Positions 46,490 to 55,341 of a stretch of DNA of 64,000 nucleotides are shown here, in pieces. Below the pieces are notes generated by a model. That model saw only the letters and a program-made list of their open reading frames with translations, searched no databases and was not told where the DNA came from. A program made the position numbers and the translations under genes. This stretch comes from an uncultured Christensenella sp. GTDB taxonomy: Bacteria; Bacillota; Clostridia; Christensenellales; UBA1242. Location: assembly GCA_949294455.1 (NCBI GenBank), contig CASFHD010000001.1, forward strand, positions 9,556-73,555, read 5' to 3'. The stretch's first letter is position 1. The number at the start of each line of letters is the position of its first letter.

Positions 46490-47438
46490 TATGAACAAGT
46501 CAGAATTAGATTTTTTTAAGTTAAATTTGATATATGCAATAACAATAAGTTTGCTGTGCATCGTTTTTGCAATCTCTTATTTAGGATTGATAACATCACA
46601 ATATTTTTCTACTTTTTTAGTTCAAATATTAATACTTTTAATTATACCTATAATTTTATACGTTTTATTGTTTAAGCCTGATAAAAAACAAATTTTTGAA
46701 CATTTGGGAATTAAAAAAGTAAATTATAAAATAATTATTCTATCTATAATCTTAGGATTTTTGTTATTTATACTCAATATGTATATAGCAGGATTTTCTC
46801 AAACTATAATTTATTTGTTCGGGTATGAAAATGTAAATTCTGGAAGTGCTATATATACAATGTCAGGGTTTTATATAGATATTATTTTAACCTGTTTGTT
46901 GCCTGCAATTTGCGAAGAAGTTTTGCATCGCGGAATTATTCTTCGAGGAATAAATAGACTAAATAAACCTATACTTGCTATTATTTTATCTTCATTGTTT
47001 TTTGGTTTTTCACATTTGAACATTTTGCAATTTTTCTATACCTTTATTTTAGGATTATTTATGGGAATAATTGTTCTTGCTTCAAATAGTTTAATACCTG
47101 CTATGATAATACATTTTATGAATAATTTTTTAAGTATTTATATTTCTTATGGTTCTCATTTAGATTTCCCATTGGTAAACCTATTTAGTAAACTTGAAAC
47201 AATATTTATTCAGTCATCTGTAGTTTTAACATTTTTAATGCTAATGTTACTATTTACATTTATATTTTACCTTGTATTTATAATCATAAATAAAATTTAC
47301 AAAATTCAAAAACCAAATATAAAATTTTTCAACATAGATAAATCACGCTTTTCAAATATTTCAAAACTTAGTATGATTTATAGTATTGTTTTAGGTATAA
47401 TGTTAACAACATCTACTTTTATTTGGGGGATATTATGA
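46479..47438 (+). CDS. CPBP (CAAX/Abi) family intramembrane metalloprotease (tandem paralogue)
   Basis: Motifs AICEEVLHRG, FGFSHL and IHFMNNF. Confidence 0.75.
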   Translation: MDFNMNKSELDFFKLNLIYAITISLLCIVFAISYLGLITSQYFSTFLVQILILLIIPIILYVLLFKPDKKQIFEHLGIKKVNYKIIILSIILGFLLFILNMYIAGFSQTIIYLFGYENVNSGSAIYTMSGFYIDIILTCLLPAICEEVLHRGIILRGINRLNKPILAIILSSLFFGFSHLNILQFFYTFILGLFMGIIVLASNSLIPAMIIHFMNNFLSIYISYGSHLDFPLVNLFSKLETIFIQSSVVLTFLMLMLLFTFIFYLVFIIINKIYKIQKPNIKFFNIDKSRFSNISKLSMIYSIVLGIMLTTSTFIWGIL

Positions 47439-47905
47439 TAAAAATTAATCTTATAACAGTTGGGGATATTAAAGAAAAATATTTAAAAGATGCCATTGAA
47501 GAATACAAAAAAAGATTAGTTAGATTTTGTAGTTTAAAAATTGTCGAAATAAAAGAAAATATTTCTACAAGTCAAAACGAAAACGATATAATTAATGCTT
47601 TAAAAAAAGACGCAGTTTTAATAAAAAAATATCTTAAAGGTTATTGTATATGTTTGTGCGTGGAAGGTAAACAACTATCTAGTACAGAATTTGCAAATTT
47701 AATTTCAAATACCGCTTTATCTAATAGCGAAATTACTTTTGTAATAGGTGCAAGCAACGGAATCGCAGATGAAATAAAAAATATGGCAAATTATAAATTA
47801 TCATTTGGGAAAATGACCTACCCTCATCAGTTAATGCGAGTCATTGCCCTTGAGCAAATTTATAGGGCTTTCACAATTTTAAACAACATAGCATATCACA
47901 AATAA
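47435..47905 (+). CDS. rlmH: 23S rRNA (pseudouridine1915-N3)-methyltransferase
   Basis: 156 aa, SPOUT fold. It has FVIGASNG and LSFGKMTYPHQLMRVIALEQIYRAF. Confidence 0.9.
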   Translation: MIKINLITVGDIKEKYLKDAIEEYKKRLVRFCSLKIVEIKENISTSQNENDIINALKKDAVLIKKYLKGYCICLCVEGKQLSSTEFANLISNTALSNSEITFVIGASNGIADEIKNMANYKLSFGKMTYPHQLMRVIALEQIYRAFTILNNIAYHK

Positions 47906-47914
47906 GAGGTGATT

Positions 47915-48877
47915 ATGTCATATCAGGAATTAGTTCAAAAAATTGTGCAATTACAAGATGAAGGACTAGAATTATTCAACGCAGGTAAAAGCGTTTTAGG
48001 TAAAAATATATTAGCCACACATGTTGGAAGTTTTGACGGGACACAGATATTAATCCAAGCCGGCATTCACGCTAGAGAATACATAACAACATTATTATTA
48101 ATTGAACAAGCAAGATATTTATATCTAAACGACTTAGTAAAACAAGGTGGTATCTATTTTGTATTTTTAACAAACCCTGACGGCGCAGAAATAGCACTTG
48201 ATGGAATTTCATCAGTTCCCTGCGACATTACTAAAGAATATTTGAAATTAGGAAATAATAATAATGATGACTTTTCAAAATTTAAAGCAAACATTAATCT
48301 AGTGGATTTAAACACAAACTTTGATGCAAATTGGGGAATGGGTGCACAAAATTTATTCTGTCCAAATAGCGAAAATTTTGTAGGATTTTATCCAAACAGT
48401 GAGCGAGAAGTCCAATCACTTATAAATTTTACAAGACAAGTAAAGCCTAGTCTAACAATATCATATCACTCAAAAGGTGAAGTAATATATTATGGATTTG
48501 AAGGTATGAGTGAACAAGATCTAATTCGTGATGAAAATATCGGTGAAGTGTTATCTAATTTAACAGGTTATAGATTAATTTTTACGCAAAACTCTACCGG
48601 TGGATATAAAGATTGGTGCATTCAAACATTGAAAATTCCAGCCTATACCATAGAAGTTGGAAGCGATAGTCTAGAGCACCCTTTAAAAGAAGAAACTTTA
48701 CCAGAAATTTTTGAAAAAAATAAAGATGTGCCATTGACAGCACTGAATTTAGCAATACAATATCAATCAAGTATAACTGTACAAAAAATATTTAATTTAA
48801 ATACAATGGAGAAAAAATATGAAAAATCCTATGGAAATTGCAATACAACAAGGTTCTATCGCCTTACGAAAAGGTGA
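47915..48877 (+). CDS. M14-family zinc carboxypeptidase (gamma-D-Glu-diamino-acid peptidase-like)
   Basis: Contains QAGIHAREYIT (HxxE) and ISYHSKGEVIYY. Its 3' end overlaps tadA by 59 nt. Confidence 0.7.
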   Translation: MSYQELVQKIVQLQDEGLELFNAGKSVLGKNILATHVGSFDGTQILIQAGIHAREYITTLLLIEQARYLYLNDLVKQGGIYFVFLTNPDGAEIALDGISSVPCDITKEYLKLGNNNNDDFSKFKANINLVDLNTNFDANWGMGAQNLFCPNSENFVGFYPNSEREVQSLINFTRQVKPSLTISYHSKGEVIYYGFEGMSEQDLIRDENIGEVLSNLTGYRLIFTQNSTGGYKDWCIQTLKIPAYTIEVGSDSLEHPLKEETLPEIFEKNKDVPLTALNLAIQYQSSITVQKIFNLNTMEKKYEKSYGNCNTTRFYRLTKR

Positions 48878-49298
48878 AATACCAATAGGGGCTGTAATAG
48901 TTAGAGATGGAAAAATAATTTCAACAGGAAGAAACAAACGAGAACACAGTCAAATTGCCACTGACCACGCAGAAATAATAGCGATAAATAAAGCGTGCAA
49001 AAAACTAAAAAGTTGGCGACTAGATGATTGTGAAATGTTTGTTACACTAGAACCTTGTCCGATGTGTGCAGGTGCAATTTTAAATGCACGATTAAAAAAA
49101 TTAACATTTGGAGCAACTGATGAAAAATATGGTGGAGTCATAAGTAGATACACATTGCTTGACGATAACATATTAAATCACAGAACTATTATAAATTATT
49201 CTTATAATGAATTATGTTCAGCAATGCTGAAAGAGTTTTTCAAAAATGCAAGAAATAAAAATTCAAAACGAGGTAAATATAGAAACAAATATAATTAA
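48819..49298 (+). CDS. tadA: tRNA-specific adenosine deaminase
   Basis: Contains HAEIIAI and PCPMCAGA. Confidence 0.9.
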   Translation: MKNPMEIAIQQGSIALRKGEIPIGAVIVRDGKIISTGRNKREHSQIATDHAEIIAINKACKKLKSWRLDDCEMFVTLEPCPMCAGAILNARLKKLTFGATDEKYGGVISRYTLLDDNILNHRTIINYSYNELCSAMLKEFFKNARNKNSKRGKYRNKYN

Positions 49299-50196
49299 AA
49301 CTTTTAAAAATTTTGAAAAGTCACTACAACAAAATTGTGAAAATCTATATAATGATTTATCTTCTTACCCACTATTTTCAACACTTGAAAAGTTGGCAAG
49401 TTTGTATGTCGCAAACCTTTTACCACAAAAATTTAAGAGTAAAGATTTATATCTGATACGCTCAGATATTGACTACGAAAATAAAAATTATTATATATAC
49501 AACTCATTAAACGATATTGAATCATTTTATCAAACTGATGAATTTCAGGGTTTGAAATATATAACTACACCTAAAGATGAAGACATTATAAATTATATAT
49601 CAAGAAACTTTGATGCTAATGTAAAAACAACACTTTTAGACAGAACAGATTTCAAGTTCAAATTATTTAACGGCGGCGGACTAAAAGATGCAAAATTTTA
49701 CCTGTTAAAAGAAGATTGCTATTCTTTTTATAAAAAATATTTTAAAAAATTTAATAAACAAAAACTATTAATTTACATTGAATTAATTAGATTTTTGTTT
49801 GGCGGAAATATTGGATTAGCAATTTTAAACCTTAAAAGTAATTATAACTTTAGCAATAATAAAAACTATGCCAACAATATAAAAAAAGAAATAATATCAA
49901 AATTAATTCATTATTTATCAGATTACATACAAATTGATGAAAATATTATAAATAGCATAAACCAAATTGATTTATTACAAATAGAAGATTTATACAAATT
50001 TTTAGTTAATGTTTATAATTTATTAGATAAAACAGAAATAGAATTTAGTTTATTAAAAAAACACAAGAATCAATTTCACGATTTATTTGAAAATTACGAA
50101 TTTTGTAATTCAAATATATTTAAAATTAATGAATTAAACGCACTTCGAAAACAACTTTTTATAGATTCTCACTTTACGCATAATTTTATTCTTTAG
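49246..50196 (+). CDS. hypothetical protein
   Basis: 316-aa ORF that overlaps the tadA 3' end by 53 nt. It has no clear SD and no recognisable motif. Confidence 0.4.
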   Translation: MQEIKIQNEVNIETNIIKTFKNFEKSLQQNCENLYNDLSSYPLFSTLEKLASLYVANLLPQKFKSKDLYLIRSDIDYENKNYYIYNSLNDIESFYQTDEFQGLKYITTPKDEDIINYISRNFDANVKTTLLDRTDFKFKLFNGGGLKDAKFYLLKEDCYSFYKKYFKKFNKQKLLIYIELIRFLFGGNIGLAILNLKSNYNFSNNKNYANNIKKEIISKLIHYLSDYIQIDENIINSINQIDLLQIEDLYKFLVNVYNLLDKTEIEFSLLKKHKNQFHDLFENYEFCNSNIFKINELNALRKQLFIDSHFTHNFIL

Positions 50197-50250
50197 TAAA
50201 GTAAAACTTTTTTGTATGATTTTTAAAACAAATATAAAATTATTTCACAA

Positions 50251-51552
50251 TTAAATTTTTTCTAACACGCATAAAGTTTCAACATTTTTAGTGTTTGGAA
50301 ACATATCAAATGGGGTTACTCTTTTAACCGAAAAATTTTCTTTCAAAACATTTATATCTTTTGCTAGCGCAATAGGGTTGCAAGAAATATACAAAATCAT
50401 AGAACAATTTTTTAATGCATTTAACAACTGTTCATCGCAACCTTTTTTTGATGGGTCAATTATTGCTACACAATCTAAATTATTTTTTAATTCATTTTTA
50501 AATAAATTATCGACTACCTCTTTGCAATCTCCATTAATAGCAACTATATTTTTAAGATTATTTTCTTTTATTAATTTATTGCAAGCATCAGTTGCTTGTT
50601 TTACAATTTCTACAGAATAAACTTTTTTGCTAGTTTTTGAAATAATCGCTGATAAAAGCCCTGCCCCTGCATATAAATCTAAAACAATTTTGTTTTTTAT
50701 GTATTTCATTACTTCATCATAAATTTTAGTTTTTATAAAAGTGTTAACTTGTAAAAAACTAAATAAATCAATACTATACTTTATGCCATATTCATTGAAA
50801 TTAATTTTATTTACTCCTGCAATATGTTTCATAGTTTTTCCCAAAATTGTCGAATTTTTTGCATTATTTACAGAAATAAATAACCCAACATTTTCTAAAC
50901 TACTTTTTAACATATTGTAAAATTCTAATAAATTATAAATATTTTCATTTGTTACAACTAAACATACTAATGTCGTATTATTTTCACTACGTACCAACAA
51001 ATGTCTAATATTTCCGGTGTGAGTTTTAAAATCATATCCTTGTAATTTGTTAATTTTAAAAAATTCTTTAAAAACTTTTAATACAATATTAATGTTTTTA
51101 TTTGCCAACATACAATAGTCTATATCAATAATATAGTGAGAATTTTTTATAAACATTCCCGTTTTATCCCCTACCTGAAAAACTGCCTTATTCCTATAAC
51201 CTACAACTTTATCACTAGGTATTGTATCATCGACAACATAATCATTATTAGTTATTTTTTTTAATGTATTTTTAACTAACATTTGTTTAAATTTTAACAT
51301 AGTATTATAACTCATATGTTGCAAATCACATCCGCCACATTTTGAATAATACGGACATTCAGGGCTTACACGGTTTTCACTTTCTATTAATATTTTTTTA
51401 ATATCAGCATATACAAAATTCTTTTTTTTCTTTTCATTCTTTATTAAAACTACTTCTTCAGGAAGTGCTTTATCAACAAAATAAACAAGGTTGTCTATTC
51501 TTCCAACACCTTCACCATTCATTCCAAAATCCACTATTTTTATTTCTTCCAT
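50251..51552 (-). CDS. 23S rRNA (uracil-C5)-methyltransferase, RlmCD/RumA family
   Basis: Has a TRAM-like N-terminus, the Fe-S cluster motif CPYYSKCGGCDLQH, the SAM motif LDLYAGAGLL and the catalytic ISCNP. Confidence 0.85.
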   Translation of the reverse strand: MEEIKIVDFGMNGEGVGRIDNLVYFVDKALPEEVVLIKNEKKKKNFVYADIKKILIESENRVSPECPYYSKCGGCDLQHMSYNTMLKFKQMLVKNTLKKITNNDYVVDDTIPSDKVVGYRNKAVFQVGDKTGMFIKNSHYIIDIDYCMLANKNINIVLKVFKEFFKINKLQGYDFKTHTGNIRHLLVRSENNTTLVCLVVTNENIYNLLEFYNMLKSSLENVGLFISVNNAKNSTILGKTMKHIAGVNKINFNEYGIKYSIDLFSFLQVNTFIKTKIYDEVMKYIKNKIVLDLYAGAGLLSAIISKTSKKVYSVEIVKQATDACNKLIKENNLKNIVAINGDCKEVVDNLFKNELKNNLDCVAIIDPSKKGCDEQLLNALKNCSMILYISCNPIALAKDINVLKENFSVKRVTPFDMFPNTKNVETLCVLEKI

Positions 51553-52088
51553 AAACACTCCAAATTTTAATAAATCATTAAAAATTTAAAATTAAATTGG
51601 TCAAATTTTAATATAAAATATACAAATTGTAATTAACATTTCAATTCTAAGTTAAAATTTTAAATATTATTTACTTTAAATAATCAAGTATTTACTTTAT
51701 TATAACAAATTTATTGTAAATGTAAATAAATTTTAATTTTTAATGTAAATAAATTTATTATTGGTTTACAAATATTTTTGTATTGAAAAAAATTAATTTT
51801 TATTACCTCAAAAAAATTTCAAACTAATATCATTTAATTATATAAAATTATAGTAAATTAATTAATAATTTTTTTTGTATTTAATAATTTTAATATTAAC
51901 ATTTATTTTAAACAATTAATCTAATTATTAAAAAATAATTTATCTTTTTAATTTAAATTTTTGATAAATTTTTTACAACATTTAAACTTAATTATTTTAC
52001 AACACTAATTTTTAAAAAAATAATACATTCTTGTAATTATTAATAAAATTAATATGCCTTAAAAATGATAATTATTAATTTACTTATC

Positions 52089-52117
52089 TTGACATAAGTG
52101 TATATTTATTGTAAAAT
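52089..52117 (+). promoter_or_regulatory. lysS promoter
   Basis: TTGACA (52089-52094), a 17-nt spacer, then TAAAAT (52112-52117). Confidence 0.5.
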
Positions 52118-52140
52118 TGTAACAAAAAAAAGGAAAAGTT

Positions 52141-53613
52141 ATGGAAGAAATTACACAATCAAGCGAACTAAATATTAGAAAAAATAAAATTCAAGAATTA
52201 AAATCATCAGGAATAATTCCGTACGCTGATAAGTTTGAAAGAACTCACACAATTTTGCAAGCAAGAGAAGTTATTGGTAAAAAGGTTAAAATTGCCGGCA
52301 GAATGATTTTTAAAAGAGTTATGGGTAAATTTGGATTTTGTCAAATACGAGATATTGAAGCTAAAATTCAAGTGTCTGTTGGAAGAAATGAATTTGATGA
52401 AGAATCTTATAACTTTTACAAAAAAATGATAGATATAGGAGACTTCATAGGAGTCGAAGGCGAAGTCTATTTAACCCAAACTGGAGAAGTTACAGTTAGA
52501 GCGGAAAAAATTAATTTGCTTAGCAAAACTTTGCGTCCACTTCCTGAGAAATTCCACGGACTCACTGATACTGAATTAAAATATAGACAAAGATATCTTG
52601 ACTTGATTTCAAATGAAGATAGCAGAATAGCACTTTTGGGCAGAAGTAAAGGTACTTCAGTTTTAAGGCGTTTTTTGGAAGATAATGGATTTATAGAAAT
52701 TGAAACACCTATTTTACAAACAAATGTTTCAGGTGCAAGTGCAAAACCTTTCTTTACTCATCACAACGATTTTGATATGGATTGTAATCTTAGAATTGCC
52801 CCTGAAACTTGGTTGAAACAAGCCATTGCAGGTGGATTTGATAGAGTGTTTGAAGTGGCAAAATGTTTTAGAAATGAAGGAAGCGACACTCAACACGTTC
52901 AAGAATTTACACAAGTCGAATGGTATGCATCATATTGGGACTTTGAAGACAACATAAAATTCTTTCAAAATTTAATCAAAGAGATTTTAATAAAAACAAC
53001 AGGTAAACTTACTGTTGAATATCTAGGCAAAACTTTAAATTTTGACGGAAATTGGCAAAGAATTGATTATGCAAAAGCAATGGAAGAAATTTTAGGTTTT
53101 GACTATTTAAATGAAACTGATTTAAACAAATTTAAACAAAATGTTGTAAATATAGGATTATTTACATTAAAAGACCTTGAAGAATGTAAATGTATAAGAA
53201 CACTTATAGACTTCATATTCAAGCGTAAAATTAGAGCAAATATAGAGCAACCAACAATTTTATATAATTATCCAGCAGTATTAAAACCGCTTGCTAGAAG
53301 AAATGATTTTGACAACAGAATTGTTGATGTTTTCCAAGTAGTAGTTATGGGTTTTGAGATATGCAATGCTTATTCTGAACTTGTTGACCCTGAAGTACAA
53401 AGAGAAACATTCAATGACCAATTAAAAGAAAAAGAATTAGGTGATGATGAAACTATGGACCTTGATGAAACATTCTTGCTTGCAATGGAACACGGTATGC
53501 CACCAATGAGTGGATTAGGTGTAGGTCTTGATAGATTATTTGCACTAATTTATAATTGCGATAATATCAGAGATGTTGTATTATTCCCACTTATGAAGCC
53601 AATAAACAATTAG
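52141..53613 (+). CDS. lysS: lysine--tRNA ligase (class II)
   Basis: 490 aa with an OB-fold N-terminus, CFRNEG and GLGVGLDRL. Confidence 0.95.
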   Translation: MEEITQSSELNIRKNKIQELKSSGIIPYADKFERTHTILQAREVIGKKVKIAGRMIFKRVMGKFGFCQIRDIEAKIQVSVGRNEFDEESYNFYKKMIDIGDFIGVEGEVYLTQTGEVTVRAEKINLLSKTLRPLPEKFHGLTDTELKYRQRYLDLISNEDSRIALLGRSKGTSVLRRFLEDNGFIEIETPILQTNVSGASAKPFFTHHNDFDMDCNLRIAPETWLKQAIAGGFDRVFEVAKCFRNEGSDTQHVQEFTQVEWYASYWDFEDNIKFFQNLIKEILIKTTGKLTVEYLGKTLNFDGNWQRIDYAKAMEEILGFDYLNETDLNKFKQNVVNIGLFTLKDLEECKCIRTLIDFIFKRKIRANIEQPTILYNYPAVLKPLARRNDFDNRIVDVFQVVVMGFEICNAYSELVDPEVQRETFNDQLKEKELGDDETMDLDETFLLAMEHGMPPMSGLGVGLDRLFALIYNCDNIRDVVLFPLMKPINN

Positions 53614-53694
53614 GTTATTCCTAATTGTTTTTTTAAGTTTTTTATTGTTGACTTAAACTAAAAATTTTTGTTACAATTTAAATACGGAGAAATT

Positions 53695-54654
53695 ATGAAT
53701 ATAACTATAGTGGGTGCTGGAAGATGGGGTAGTAGTCTTGCGTGGTATCTAACAAACATAAAAAAATACAATATAACATTATATGGAAGAGAAAGTGAAC
53801 GAACAAAACTTTTTTTTACTACACGAAAAAATGAATATATAGAATTAAATAATTTAATAAAAACTTCATTCAATATAAATGATGTTATTAATTGCGATTA
53901 CACGATACTAACCTTACCTAGTCAAGGCATTAGGTTATTTTTAGATTTATTAAAAACTGTTAAAAATTATCAAAATCACAAATACATACTATGTATGAAA
54001 GGACTTGAAAAAAATACTGGTTTAAGACTCAGTCAAATATTAAACGAATATGGAATAAACAATTCTAACATAGCTGTATGGGCTGGTCCTTGCCACATTC
54101 AAAATATTCAAAAAGGTTTAAAGACTATTATGATTATAGATTCGGAAAATAACGAATTTGCAACAAATCTTGTTAATAATTTCAAAAGCGAATTAATCGA
54201 TATAGAAGTTGGAAATGATTTTATAGGAACAGAAATAGGTGCCGCAACAAAAAATATTGTAGGAATAGGAGCTGGAATAATTATAGGCAACGGAAATGAA
54301 GCATTGATTCCTGAACTTAAAAAACATGCGCTATATGAAGTTGGTCAAATAATAAAACTAGCAGGAGGAAAACAATCAAGTGCGTATGGAGTGTGTCATT
54401 ACGGCGATTATGTAGCAACAGTTGATTCCCCATACAGTCACAACAGAATGTTAGGTGTAGAAATATCACAGAATATTCATCACAATTCAAAATATTTAGC
54501 TGAAGGGCTTAATACTGTAATTGCATTGAAATCACTACTAGAAAAATTAAAAAGCGATATAACAAACTATCCACTAATTTACGAAATATATAAATCTTGC
54601 AATAATTTGCCTTACAATATTGAAAAAGTTTTAAAAAAGCCATTGAAAATTTAA
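53695..54654 (+). CDS. gpsA: NAD(P)H-dependent glycerol-3-phosphate dehydrogenase
   Basis: MNITIVGAGRWGSSLA Rossmann N-terminus, plus GAATKNIVGIGAG. Start set behind GGAG. Confidence 0.9.
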   Translation: MNITIVGAGRWGSSLAWYLTNIKKYNITLYGRESERTKLFFTTRKNEYIELNNLIKTSFNINDVINCDYTILTLPSQGIRLFLDLLKTVKNYQNHKYILCMKGLEKNTGLRLSQILNEYGINNSNIAVWAGPCHIQNIQKGLKTIMIIDSENNEFATNLVNNFKSELIDIEVGNDFIGTEIGAATKNIVGIGAGIIIGNGNEALIPELKKHALYEVGQIIKLAGGKQSSAYGVCHYGDYVATVDSPYSHNRMLGVEISQNIHHNSKYLAEGLNTVIALKSLLEKLKSDITNYPLIYEIYKSCNNLPYNIEKVLKKPLKI

Positions 54655-54726
54655 TATTTCCTTGCTATAATATAGAAAATTAAAGAATTTAAATCAATAA
54701 TTTCTATAAATTTAAAGAGAGGTAAT

Positions 54727-55317
54727 ATGATAACAGCTATTGCTAGTTTATTTGTAAAATTATTTGGCACTCATTCAATTACAGCAACAATTATAATGTC
54801 ATTTTGTCCATTTATAGGCGGTCAAATTGCAATACCTGCAAGCGTAAACGAAGTTTGGGGCGAATCTGCCTTAAACAATATAAACGCATTTTTATATTCG
54901 TTTATAGGAAGCTCTTTAGCAATAATATTTGCAATATTTATATTTTACTACATAGTAAACTACATAAAGAAAACTAAATTCTATGAAAAATTAAGCGATA
55001 AATTAAAATCTAAAAACAATAATTTGGATAATGAAAAATCAATTTACAACAAACATTTATATTTAGTGTTTATTATAATGAGTATTCCTCTTCCATTTTT
55101 AGGTGTATGGCTATCTGCATTCTTAGGTATTTGGTTCGGTATTAAAATTAAACATTTATTCCCAACATTATTTGTTGGTAATTTAATATCGTGCATAATA
55201 TGTACTATTATTTGTGAAATATTCAAAGGATATGTTTCTTTAATTTTCTCAGTATTAATACCTTTTGGATTTATAATATTGATTTTAGTATTAGCAAAAA
55301 AGTTTTTAATAAATTAA
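54727..55317 (+). CDS. small integral membrane protein (Sm_multidrug_ex/COG2426-like)
   Basis: IMSIPLPFLGVWLSAFLGIWFGIK resembles the IPLPgTGaWtGa motif of that family. Confidence 0.45.
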   Translation: MITAIASLFVKLFGTHSITATIIMSFCPFIGGQIAIPASVNEVWGESALNNINAFLYSFIGSSLAIIFAIFIFYYIVNYIKKTKFYEKLSDKLKSKNNNLDNEKSIYNKHLYLVFIIMSIPLPFLGVWLSAFLGIWFGIKIKHLFPTLFVGNLISCIICTIICEIFKGYVSLIFSVLIPFGFIILILVLAKKFLIN

Positions 55318-55341
55318 AAAAACTCCAAGTGGAGTTTTTTT
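55316..55341. terminator. bidirectional terminator between membrane protein gene and virB4
   Basis: A-run, aactcca-ag-tggagtt, T-run. Confidence 0.65.
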
